A DNA stretch of 64,000 nucleotides from Macrostomum lignano (Eukaryota), in contig NIVC01003511.1 in assembly GCA_002269645.1 (NCBI GenBank), forward strand, positions 30,374-94,373. Direction: 5' to 3'. A program made the translations under genes and the position numbers. Every line of letters begins with the position of its first letter. Position 1 is the stretch's first letter. Shown here piece after piece: positions 33,801-49,652 of this stretch. The notes beneath the pieces were generated by a model. That model searched no databases. It was not told where the DNA came from and saw only the letters and a program-made list of their open reading frames with translations.

Positions 33801-36800
33801 AATGGCCGGGCCTATCCGGCTTTGCATCGAATCCAATCGGAGTCCGTGCGACCCGAAGTCAAAGCGAATCAGGTTTGGCTGGGGAAGCGGGCGCAGAGCG
33901 CTGTACTTTTTGGTGTTTCTATTTTTAGAAACAATGTACAGTGAATTGGGAGTGAGGTGGTTGAATAAAGAGGGTTAGAGAATTTTTTTGGGTTTTAAAA
34001 ATAGAAACAAAATGTACGCCCGGTTGAAGCCAATAAATAGGAGAAAAACACTTGATGCTAAATATAGAAACACAATGTACATAGGCGATAGTCTATTCTT
34101 TCCTCCATGGTCTAGGATTAAAAGGAGTCTAAAAAATAGTAGATTTTGCTGGGAGCAATGAGTGACCAAAAGGGTCGTGGTAGGTTAAAGGTTTCACTGC
34201 CTATTCATTTTTCTGCTTTTTATGTAGAAACTATTTATAACCAAAATGAAGAAATTTGAGTACATTAATTTAACTTCTACGAGTATAAAGTGCAGCATGT
34301 ACAGTAAACTTGAACTTTATGTAGTGGATAAGATTCCTTCATAATTTTTCCGTCATTCATTTACATCTAGGTTGAGCTGCTAGTCCAGGACCTGGTGCTA
34401 CTCAACCAGGACCCGGTTGTTCAAGAAAACTACGGCGAAATCATAACGCCAAGCGAGATTGCCGTGTTCGAAGCTCGAGCCTGGCAGTCGCCAGGTCATT
34501 ATTCGATTGAGTATGAGCTGCCGCTTCACTGGGCCAGCGCCGTGGCCTGGCAGGCAGCCAGGGAAGGCTTCGTTCACGGCCACGAAGGCTACGAGACCAT
34601 TGTGCGAGTTCTGTGCGACTGGATGAGCCTGTTGGGAGCGATTAGCAAGTATGCTAATAAGAACCTGCCGCTTGTCTACACACAGGTTAGTGAGGGGGTA
34701 GCGATACTTGCACGACATGGGTAGGGGCGCCAACCAGGAGACAGGGGCGCCCACCAAGAGACAGGGGCGCCAACCAAGAGACAGGGGCGCTCACCAAGAG
34801 ACAGGGGCGCCAACCAGGAGACAGAGGCGCTCACCAAGAGACAGGGGCGCCAACCAACAGACAGGGGCGCTCATTAAGAGACAGGGACACTCATCAAGAG
34901 ACCAGGGCGCTCACCAAGAGACAGGGGCGCCCACCAGGAGACAGGGGTGCCCACCAGGAGACAGGGGTGCCCACCAAGAGACAGGGGTGCCCACCAGGAG
35001 ACAGGGGTGCCCACCAGGAGACAGGGGTGCCCACCAGGAGACAGGGGTGCCCATGACCAGGAGACAGGGGTGCCCACCAGGAGACAGGGGTGCCCACCAG
35101 GAGACAGGGGTGCCCACCAGGAAACAGGGGTGCCGACCAGGAGACAGGATTGCCCACCAAAACACCAAATATGACACTGCATGGCCACCTTAGGGCTACC
35201 GCTCTCCAATTAAAGTTCTTGCCTAAGCCATTGCACTAATTCAATAATTCACTGATCGCCCAACACTTACACAGGTAGTAATAATCGCAGTGTACACCTG
35301 GTTCTTCATCGAAGTGGTCGCCTCCCAGAATCTCATGCAGCCGCACGTGGCCAATTTGACGTCCAGTTTAGTGTTCGCCAACTCATCATCGGATATAGCG
35401 TCGGCTTCGGGCGTGGAAGTTCCGGAAACCGATCACGGACTGCCGCACTCTCGCTTGTACTCGATGCAGTACTGGACTGATTTCTATGTGCCAATATTTG
35501 CGCTGGTTAAACTGCTGTTTGTACTTGGATGGTTCAAGGTTTGCATTCTTGAATTTTTTAATTCTGTGGGCTTGCTAAATGTACAAGCGTCCTTTGGTGT
35601 TGTAATGGACGTTTATAGGAGTGTATTGGATTAACCGCATCGGAGGTATTGGAATGTACATGTACATAATATACGACCTTGGTAAATAAAGATGTTACAA
35701 TGAACGTCTAAGGTTTGCGTTGGAATAGACAATCCATTTGTATGTTAGTTTACGTCGGAAAGTCCAATGAGTTGGAATGAATGCTCATGAGTGTGTTGGA
35801 AAGAATGCATCCATGATCAGTGTGTTGGAATTGAATGTCCACGAGTGTGTTGGAATCAATGTACACGAGTGTGTTGGAATGACTGTACACGAGTGTGTTG
35901 GAATGAATGTCCACGAGTGTTGAAATGAATGTACACGAGTGTTGGAATGAATGTACACGAGTGCGTTGGAATGAATGTCCACGAGTGTGTTGGAATGAAT
36001 GTACACGAGTGTGTTGGAATGAATGTCCACGAGTGTGTTGGAATGAATGTACACGAGTGTGTTGGAATGAATGTCCACGAGTGTGTTGGAATGAATGTAC
36101 ACGAGTGTGTTGGAATGAATGTCCACGAGTGTGTTGGAATGAATGTACACGAGTGTGTTGGAATGAATGTCCACGAGTGTGTTGGAATGAATGTATACGA
36201 GTGTGTTGGAATTAATATACATCATTGTGTTCGTGTGGATGTCGATGAGTGTGTAATTGGATTGGACGTCCAGGATATTTTGAGACTGACGCCAAAGAGT
36301 AAATGTACATTGGAATAAAATTCCGTGGGCGGGCTTGAACTTGCATTCGGTAGAAATCTACCAAGGTAGTAAACAGATTTACTTGAGCTACTACATGTAA
36401 GGTCAGATATAGTGCAAGGACATTTGTAATTTGTGCCGTATATGCAATTTACCAGCTGATATCAAGCAAGCGTTCTCAACAATACTCTAAAATATAGGTC
36501 GCGTTTCTCCTCATGGACCCTTACGGCGACGATTTGGACGGTTTACCATTTAGTGACGTCCTGAACTCGAATCTGCGCCGCGGCCGCACAATGGCCGGCT
36601 TTCCCAGCCGAATGCTACCGAAAAAGTTGCAACAGCCGCGCCAGAAACGGAAGGAGCATCAGCACCAGGATCAGACCTCGGCGTCACCTTCAACAACATC
36701 GTCAGTGTTACTGTGCTATGCATGTGCGACGAATCAAGGCAAAACTAACAAAGACAACGGAGATGACAAAGACTACGACGACTATTTGAGCAGTGACGAG

Positions 36801-36956
36801 GAGCAAACTCGGGAGCTTCGCAGCCGACAAGCTGGACCGTGGCGGGAGGGTCCTGAAGGCAGCGGCAGTGGCCACCAGTACATGCACTATGCCGCTGTAG
36901 ACAACTGCGGACGCTGCTGTCAAGGAGAGCGACCGCCGCCCGAAGATCTGCCATAG
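30830..36956 (+). CDS. BEST: Bestrophin-family channel, divergent; join(30830-31366,33095-33317,33655-33872,34371-34685,35275-35538,36498-36956), 671 aa
   Basis: Motifs VPVTFLLGFYVSTVVDRWW, RYMNLAWLL..KQRF, LPLHWA, PLVYTQ|VVIIAVY and DFYVPIF..GWFK|VA..DPYGDD. All introns are GT-AG with matching phases (0,1,0,0,0), totalling 2016 nt. Confidence 0.9.
31428..33035. repeat. 31-bp minisatellite (TTTAATTGATCATGGATTGGACTGTTGGGTG), about 52 copies, bestrophin intron 1
   Basis: Period measured 31742 to 31773. Confidence 0.96.
33376..33560. repeat. 20-bp repeat (GTCCTGAAGTGGGATTATCT), about 9 copies, bestrophin intron 2
   Basis: Visible tandem units. Confidence 0.93.
34723..35160. repeat. 20-bp repeat (GAGACAGGGGTGCCCACCAG), about 22 copies, bestrophin intron 4
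   Basis: Visible tandem units, with a gradient from GGGGCGC to GGGGTGC variants. Confidence 0.95.
35768..36220. repeat. 24-bp repeat with an alternating GTCCAC/GTACAC 48-bp dimer, bestrophin intron 5
   Basis: GAGTGTGTTGGAATGAATGT(C/A)CAC alternates strictly at about 35970-36200. Confidence 0.95.
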
Positions 36957-38416
36957 ATACTACTTACAAACAGCACTAGATATAATAGAAATCAAATACA
37001 GCTGTAACAGAGGCGATCCAATAAAATGAGGAGACGTACGTTCACATTATTGAATGCCATATGTCATAAATACCATTGACCGCTTCCTGGGCACAACATT
37101 TACATACTGCTCCAAGGTATAGTACATGTAAAGGCAAGATTTTTTGACGCGACTGTCTGCAAAAGGCTTTTAAAAATATTTGGCAGGTGTGCTGTCTCTA
37201 GCCTCGCTTAGTACTTTTTACCTTGGAGCAGTAGTACAATAGTTTAAGTTCGTCAATTTTATTGGATCCCTATAGTTACGGGAAACCTTTGTTTCTTGGA
37301 AAAATTTAGAAGGCAGGTTTTTCCCAAAAATACACTACGGAGATTGGAAGTTTTCATTTCTTCAGCAGAAAATTTATTTATTGATTTCGATAGGAGGCAG
37401 ACCTAGCTAATGTTATTTTTTATAGCTCTATTGATATTCGTGGAGCTTTTTGTTTAGAAAATGAGGATTCTATATGTTAAATTTTTTATTCTACGTCGCG
37501 TACATTCCATGTACCTAAAAATCATAAAAATGCATGGCACAGCTCGACTCGTTGGTTTATTTTAATGAATCGATTTCTATCATCTGTGTTACAAATATTG
37601 TCAGCTAAGCATGAATAAAAAAGATACATAAAACCAATGAGCTGAGCCGTTCCATTTTAATGGTTTCTGACACAGGACATGTACAATTAGTACGATTTTT
37701 TGTGCTGAAAGAAATAATGGTAGCTAAGGTGCAGTGAGACCTAAATAAACTGGCATCTGGACTAGGAAGCATCTTAGCTCATACAGAGAGCATTAAGGCA
37801 CCTTGAAGTTCACTAACATCTTCCGAAATTTTATAACATTACAGATTAACAAAACTATATACTACGTGATTTTGTAGCTATAAATGTACTTTTCAAATAA
37901 CAATTTCTAAAAAAAACAGGTGTACAAAATTGATCTCATCACTATTGCAGAATTCCAAAACCACTTAAAGACTAACATGCTACTATTAGTAAGTGCATTA
38001 ACGATGCTGCTACAGATTAAAAATTATTTTTATTAAGCTGCCTTTCAACGAATGTAACTTTTTCCAGTTTGTTTTGCTAGCTGGATAATTCATAAAAAAT
38101 TAAACCATGTTATATTGCTATATCTAATCATAGAGATAATAATTTACTTATTTTGTTTGTTTCCATATCAAGCTTTTAACTTCCATATTGATATTCCTAT
38201 CATCTGTATCTCTGTTTGTTCGTTTTCGCGCTATCGTCAGCGGAGTTTGGTTTAGCCATCGTTAATTTCTTCCTGTCCATGTATTTGTCTGGTGTTTCCC
38301 AACTAGTCACTGGTTTGGTTTCGAGACATTTCTTAAACAATAAAGTTTTGTATTAATATATATTAAATACATATTTCGTTGGACGAGCTAAACAACATTG
38401 ATGTTATGATAATAGC

Positions 38417-38675
38417 ATTATTATTATTAATTTATTACACCTGTCCTAATGCAGCTATTGCACGACGCATTTGAAGGCTGCGTACGGCTGTTCAGTCCAA
38501 GCTGACGGGGGGTTGCCAAGCTAATGCTGGCGCCAATTTTACAGCTGGGTGAACTGAAGCAATGCAGAGTTAAGTGTCTTGCTCAAAGACACTGATTGTG
38601 TTCGAGTGGGTCGAAAATCGAACCCCCGACCTTTCAGACGTGAGTCCGACGCTCTAACCACTAGGCTATAACCCC
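38417..38675 (-). mobile_element. tRNA-derived SINE with a conserved central domain and a (TAA)n tail
   Basis: The minus strand reads GGGGTTATAGCCTAGTGGTTAGAGCG...GGTTCGATT (A and B boxes), then GTGTCTTTGAGCAAGACACT and CACCCAGCTGTAAAA (typical of V/Meta-type SINE bodies), ending AATAAATTAATAATAATAAT. Confidence 0.8.
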
Positions 38676-39544
38676 AAGTTATATTCAACTAAAGATTTCT
38701 ATCTCAAGTCTAGTCATTCGTCTGGGTTTAAAGAATCGCAGTGCCATTTGGCATCGGGGGTCCAAGTCTAAGTCTTTGAATGTCAAAGTCTAGTTTAATG
38801 ATGTCATAAAACAAGAAACCTATCTGTAAAACGGAAATAATGAAAAAAAACAAAACAATGAATTTTGCTTTTTTTCATTTTACACACAACAGCCAAATAC
38901 CACAAAAATAGATTTTTAGAGTTTAAAACAAAACGTTTTATTTGTATTAGTTTGCTTCTTAACAACAAAATTTGTGTAAGTTGTATCAATAATTAAAACG
39001 ACAAAAAGAATTTGCTGTTTTTTTCAAACCTTCTTAAAGTGCAAGCACAAACAAGCGTACTAATTAGATAATTAAAAGCTATTGGTGCAAAATGAACAAA
39101 GAAACCGGGGTCTTAGACTATTAATACAATAAAATTTAATATCGTTACAAACTTTTGAATAAACGACAATTACAAATTACTAAAGGGTCACATTAAACAA
39201 CACTACTTAAATAATTAAAAAGCATGCATAAAGTATAAATGACGCAGGTAAGTTATAAAGTTACAGCAAGCTCAAATACACAGTTTCATAAATAGATTTT
39301 CATACACAAATGTTTAGATTTAACAATGTGAAGCTTATAATGACTAAACAAGTGGTTCGATTGGTCACTACGATAGGAAAAGTTTCAGGACAAACAAGAG
39401 CAAACAAAAATAATTGATTAACCAACCATACACCCCAGAAAAACAATAGAAAAAACGTCCCTTTTTAATAAGTACTAATTACTACTATTTAGTAGCATGA
39501 CAGCATGTTGTCTTGTTTCTTGTTGCATTCGTGTACAAACTGGA

Positions 39545-40498
39545 TTACTTTTTCTTCTTGCGAGCATCAGCGGCTGTGGCGGCGGCGGCAGAGCGAGAGC
39601 GCAGCTGCCAAATATCGGCGAGCAGCGACAGGACATTCAGGCAGTACATCGGCACGCACACGATGCACATGTGCTTGATGACAAACACCAGGGTGTAAGC
39701 TAGCCAACCGCAGCCGATGGTCAGAGCGAGTGAGTTCAGTACGCGGAGGTGCATGCCGATCTTGCCACGAAAGAATAGCACTGCAGAGTTTAAAGGGAGT
39801 GGAAGTTCATGCTATGCAGATATGGCACTTCTGATATGGAAATGGCACTTGTGAAGTGGAAATTAATGGCACTTGTGATGTGGAAATGGCATTTGTGATG
39901 TGGAAATGGCACTTTTGAAGTTAAAGTGACACTTCTGATGTGGAAATAAGTTATAACAGTCTATAGAAGTCGGCACAATTATGAACATAGTAACTAAAAT
40001 GCTGAGAATATGATCTCATTAAGAAGACAATAATAATGCAAATTACAATCAGATTTTTGGCTTACCCAGTAGCAAGTGCAGTACATAGAACACGGAACCG
40101 TAGATTCCATTTGGCTGATTCAATGGATGCTTTTCGCCAAGTAGATCACCGATAAGACCGAAGCCTTTGCCATACCTAATGAGTGAATGGATGGACATAA
40201 ATGTAAGTAATATGTACCATTATCCTAAAGTACAACATTACCTAAAAGGTCATATGGGACAAGACATTTTACATACTCTCTATTTACAACACGTTTTAAC
40301 TGTCTCGAATGAATAAGTAAATCAAATAACTCACTTTGAGGTGAATGTTTTTGAGCAACTGACATAATCAGATATGTCGCACTGGGCCTTGTATTTCGGC
40401 TCAGTGTTGATCATTTGGGTGACATAAATGCTGTAGATGGCCAGTGCAAGTCTACTGAGATCCAGTAGAACAGACAGCAACACTCCAGCTTTGCCCAT
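39545..40498 (-). CDS. VKORC1: Vitamin K epoxide reductase (VKORC1/VKORC1L1 family); join complement(40335-40498,40066-40175,39545-39780), 169 aa
   Basis: MGKAGVLL..YKAQCDISDYVSCSKTFTSK|YGKGFGLIG..LNQPNGIYG..|..AYTLVFVIKHMCIVCVPMY..RKKKK. It has both loop cysteines, the CIVC redox motif and a C-terminal di-lysine ER signal. Intron phases 2 and 1 are compatible (510 nt). Confidence 0.93.
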
Positions 40499-41099
40499 GT
40501 CCAAGTTTGATAGTTGATTTCTTTAATAATTCTTAGAGATCAATAAAAAATTGTATAAAAAAGAAGAGATTTTTCAAAACTATTGCATGCAAGATGAAGA
40601 ATAAAAATATCTTTGTCAATGTAATAATCTTAACAAAACATAAAAAATCAGGAAAATGGGATAAGGATTGTGGTCTAAACTTCGAATTATTTTCTCTTGA
40701 CTGACTCAAGGCTTTTCTGCCTATTTGTCGCAACTCTCCTTGTAATTTCTTAGTTCACCTTCACTTGTCTCTGTTTACTCTGTTTTTTCTCTCTGTCTAG
40801 CTCAATCTTGTTATTCTTATCTCTCTCTCTCTCCCTTGCTGCCTTCTGATTGGCTCTCCATTCTTGCCTCTCTTCAGTTGCGCACTTCACCCCTCTCCTT
40901 ATTATTCTGGGCTCAACCCCTCCCAAGGTTAATGTTCTATAAATATATCGGTTTTGGGCCCTGCACCCACTTACTGCTCTTCTTAGTATTCGATTTAACT
41001 CCTATAAAAATATTCTCTAGTTTTTAGTCTATTTTCTCTACACTACTTGAGCTGATGGGAACAGCAGTCTCCAATGCTAGGCTAGACTGATTATGATAT

Positions 41100-41560
41100 A
41101 TAGCCATATAGGAGGTGCTGCATCATACCTGCCTAAATGTTCAGCTACTACAAGGTTATGCCTTCTACTTTTCAAAAAGTATGTTTCACAAAGTCTATAG
41201 AGCTTAGTCTTGCTACATCCTATGCAGGAGACAATGGCACAAGACTCTCACAAAAAGATAATTCACTTTCTTGCCAAATGCATCTATATAGCATTTAGCA
41301 CTCTGCCACTATATAGACATAATGTGGCTCTCTAGCAGTAAATAAAAACTTAAAGAGCTTTCTGTCTACCACAAGAGAGAATGCATCAACAACTCTGTCA
41401 AAGGATGCCACATGGCCTTCAAAAGGAAAGCAAGATATGGCAAACTTAAAAAATCAATATGCCATAGCAAATTTTCTACATTAGGAGTTCTTGAAGCCCA
41501 TCAATTGCAAGCATTGGAAAGTACTAATAGGCAAAGCAAACCAATCTATAAGTGGTGTGA
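41100..41560 (+). mobile_element. Ancient RTE-like LINE 3' relic
   Basis: Decayed FLAKCIY..L..N and WPSKGK pieces resemble RTE C-terminal motifs; heavily mutated. Confidence 0.3.
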
Positions 41561-41915
41561 AGAGAAAATTAAAACTACCTAGTAGGAATTTAATAGCAAT
41601 GTATGCCAACTTTATAGTCAAGTTTGTTAGGTAGCCTTCTGAACCTAATAATAGTTGAATGAATTGATAAGTTTCATGACTAAATAGTCATTATCAATAG
41701 CATCTTTAAGCATGGTTTCACCCCTTCTATTACTTATATTGTGTCACTTAAACAAAAATTAACACATTATTATATCTTTGAGAGGCCAACTCCTCTGTTA
41801 GAGGAGAAAGGGGAAGAACTCCCATCACCAGAATTCCATTCCCTGAACTCTAATCAACTGAATCCCATGACCCAAATCCTATCATCCAACTAATCTCCAA
41901 AGACAAATTTTTTCC

Positions 41916-42205
41916 ATGAAACTGAATACCATTGAAATCCTCACTGTGAAACTAAAAACCATTGAAATCCTTTCCGTGAAACTGAAAACCATCAAAATCC
42001 TTTCTATGAAACTGAAAACTATCGAAATCCTCTCTGTGAAATTGAACACCATCAAAATCCTTACCGTGAAACTAAAAAACATTGAAATCCTCTCCGTGAA
42101 ATTGAAAACCATCAAAATCCTCTCTATGAAACTAAAAACCATCGAAATCCTCTCTGTGAAATTGAACACTATCGAAATCCTCTCCGTGAAACTGGACTCA
42201 ATTGA
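41916..42205. repeat. 30-bp minisatellite (GTGAAACTGAAAACCATCGAAATCCTCTCT), about 10 copies
   Basis: 10-aa periodicity in the spurious ORFs on both strands. Confidence 0.92.
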
Positions 42206-43266
42206 AATTTTCTTTATCAAAGAGAAGTCAGCTCCTAGGTTTCAGTGGCTAGGGTTAGGGTTAGCTAGTTATTGTTAGAGCTGCACAGAGCTGCATGTTC
42301 AAAGGTGCCAATAATAAATAATTGAACCAATTGATTGCAAAATTGATTTCTCAGTCAGTATCAGGTAAAGTTAATAAAATACACTTCCAAGATAAGAACA
42401 AGTTGTGGTGCAATCACTCAAAATTAATGAAAATTTTCAGTTCAGAGCAGAAAAAGTTGCCAAAGAAGGTCAAGAAAACAGTTTTCTGCTTTTTAACAGA
42501 CTGAATTTATAAAAAATTCAACATTAAAATAGCCTATTTGTTGTGTAGGAAAATTTTGCATTGATATATATATGTTTTGCATTTGAGTTGGTAGCCATCT
42601 AGGAGGAGATACACATTAAACCCATTTGGTTGATTGATCTACTTAGCTTTAGATATAAGATGATATAAAATTTTTTATACCATAATAATTATAAATCAAG
42701 TTATATAATTATATGTCAAATACTTAAGAATATATGTGTTCTTGATGGATAGATGGATTAAAGATTCAATGGTGTGGTTTTTAAGTTCCAGTTCTTAAAT
42801 CATACTTTGAAATCTTGCTAGGGCCTACACTCAGGAAGGTGTACATTATGGCAGAAAATTCCGGCACACATCAATGAAAAATATGCGCGAAGTGGCGCAC
42901 ACGGCGAACAACAAAGGCTTAGCAGAAGTTTTAAGCGCACAGTGGCGTATAGCAAAACCTGATCAGAAAAATTTAGCTCACAATGAGTCACCTAAATGTA
43001 TAATCTACATATGCAATGCGTAAAATATGCTTCAAGATTACGCTTTTTCCAAGCATATCAATAAAAAATTGTTGTTTCTTGGTAAGTAAAACAAATAATA
43101 AAATTCAAAATGGGATTTTATCGTAAAGTTAAAGCTATTTCTTTTGAGAATTTTCTACGTAAGCTAAAAAAAGCAAAAGTTTTGAGTTAAAAAAAGCCTA
43201 CATAAGGTACAAAAATTTATCCATTTTTTTAGTTTTGTTTTAATTGGACTTTTATCAAGTTTTTAG

Positions 43267-47913
<4,647 letters not shown>

Positions 47914-49652
47914 AACCGATTATTAAATAGCACCTAATAAAATAGTTTTGCTTAGGCCTATAAAAAACAATTGCAAAAAAAAAAATAGCTTACAATTAAT
48001 CTTTGAACAAATTATTTATAAAAAATTGCTAGCTTTATTAGACAAAATGATCATTGCATAAATATTTTTGCCATTAAATAAATTTTGATTTTTGTCAGAA
48101 AATTCCTTTGCTGGTAGCCAGTAGGTTGAAACCTCAGCTAGGCCTAAGACCTTAAAAGTTGGCTAAATGTCTCATTGGAATTTTAGAATACAATGGGTTA
48201 GTTGTAACATGATGACTTTAGAGAGAGAAAGCCAATGGAATAAACAACAGGCCTAACATACTTCTAGGTTCTAACTTGTAAATCTAAAAAAATTATAAAC
48301 AATCTGAATCATATAACTATAAGCCTAGATACTTTGCATATAATATGCTAACATTGGAATGAAATAACATGGATCATGCACATTGATAACTAGGGCCTAC
48401 TCCCTACTATACATTTTCTTCATTTGCACACTGCGCATCATGCTTGCTGAGGTTTAGGCCTATGCCAGAAAATTCTGATGTGCATGATGCTGATGCACTA
48501 GGCCTACAACTTACTACAGAGTGTGAGTATAGGCCTATTAATTTATTGTGAAGTCTAGCACTTAGGCTAGGCCTAATTCCCAGACAATTGCATCGGAAAT
48601 ATCAATAAGATTATAAGAATAATTGAATTGATATTGTGCAAACTTGATAATTTTTTCATTTACGCTTGCGGTGTCATTCATTTATTTTGCCGCCAACAAT
48701 TAGGAGTGAAAACAGTATCAAAGCAGTGTTTGTACTTTTGTTTTTAATAGGGCCTAGGCAATTAAAAGCTACAGAAAAGTATACGCTTCGCTAAAAGTTA
48801 AAGAACATATTGAAAAATTGTTAAAAATATTTCAAACACTAATCTTGGAAAACGAGTTTAAATTGAATGAGGAGTGCTCAAGTTTTAAATTAGCTTAGGC
48901 TTAGGCTTAGATAGACTAGACAGTCTAGAGAGAATATCCAAACAATAATAGCTAGGGCCTAATCAATCCTATTTATAATTCAATAGAAGTCTCAGTTAAT
49001 AATTTTTGTCATCTGATTGCTAGAGCATTGATTTCTGGCTTAATATACGTTTTACATGCTATTGCCTAGTAGTAGGCTATTAGTTAGGCCTACGTCATGT
49101 GTTAAGTCCTATGTCTAATTCTAGCTTTTATTTTGATATTCTATGTACTGTATGATATGTAAAAAGTTTTAAAAACACTAGGATCATTTTTCCATAGGGG
49201 CCTAATTTTAGATTTTATTTGTGTTTTGTTGTAGGGCCGGGGCCTAGCTAGTTTATTTTCCTGATTCCTGGTAAATTTTTGGGGTGCAGCTGAAATCGTC
49301 ATATTCAAAATCGTCATATGATGATGACAACTTGAACAAATCTGGAAGACTTAAACATTTAAATATGACGACTTTGACCAAAGGCAAGGGTGTATTAATT
49401 TAGGATTTTCCTACTTTCATGTAAAAATCCCTTGCATGCACCCGTAATTTTTATATTAACTGTGTCAATTAGGCCTAATGCTGATTGCTGCATGACTACT
49501 ACTGAGACTAATATATAATAAACAATAGAAAGATGATGAATATCAAAAAATCAAAACTAATTTATGCAAAGAGAACTGCCTATATCCTCAAGTTAAGTAG
49601 GCCTAGCAAGCAAATTTAATTTGCTAGCAAACAAGAACACGCTGCCGCCATG

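Noticed and set aside
34708-36318. Repetitive ORFs on both strands inside the bestrophin locus
   Set aside because: They coincide with intronic tandem arrays, and the exon chain is complete without them.
38590-38675. tRNA gene
   Set aside because: A and B boxes are present but there is no paired acceptor stem, and the sequence continues into a SINE body and tail.
42247-42266. TAGGGTTAGGGTTAG telomere-like seed
   Set aside because: Only about 2 units, which is expected by chance.
41882-42278. 10-aa repeat proteins on both strands
   Set aside because: 30-bp minisatellite with no splice or start context supporting coding.
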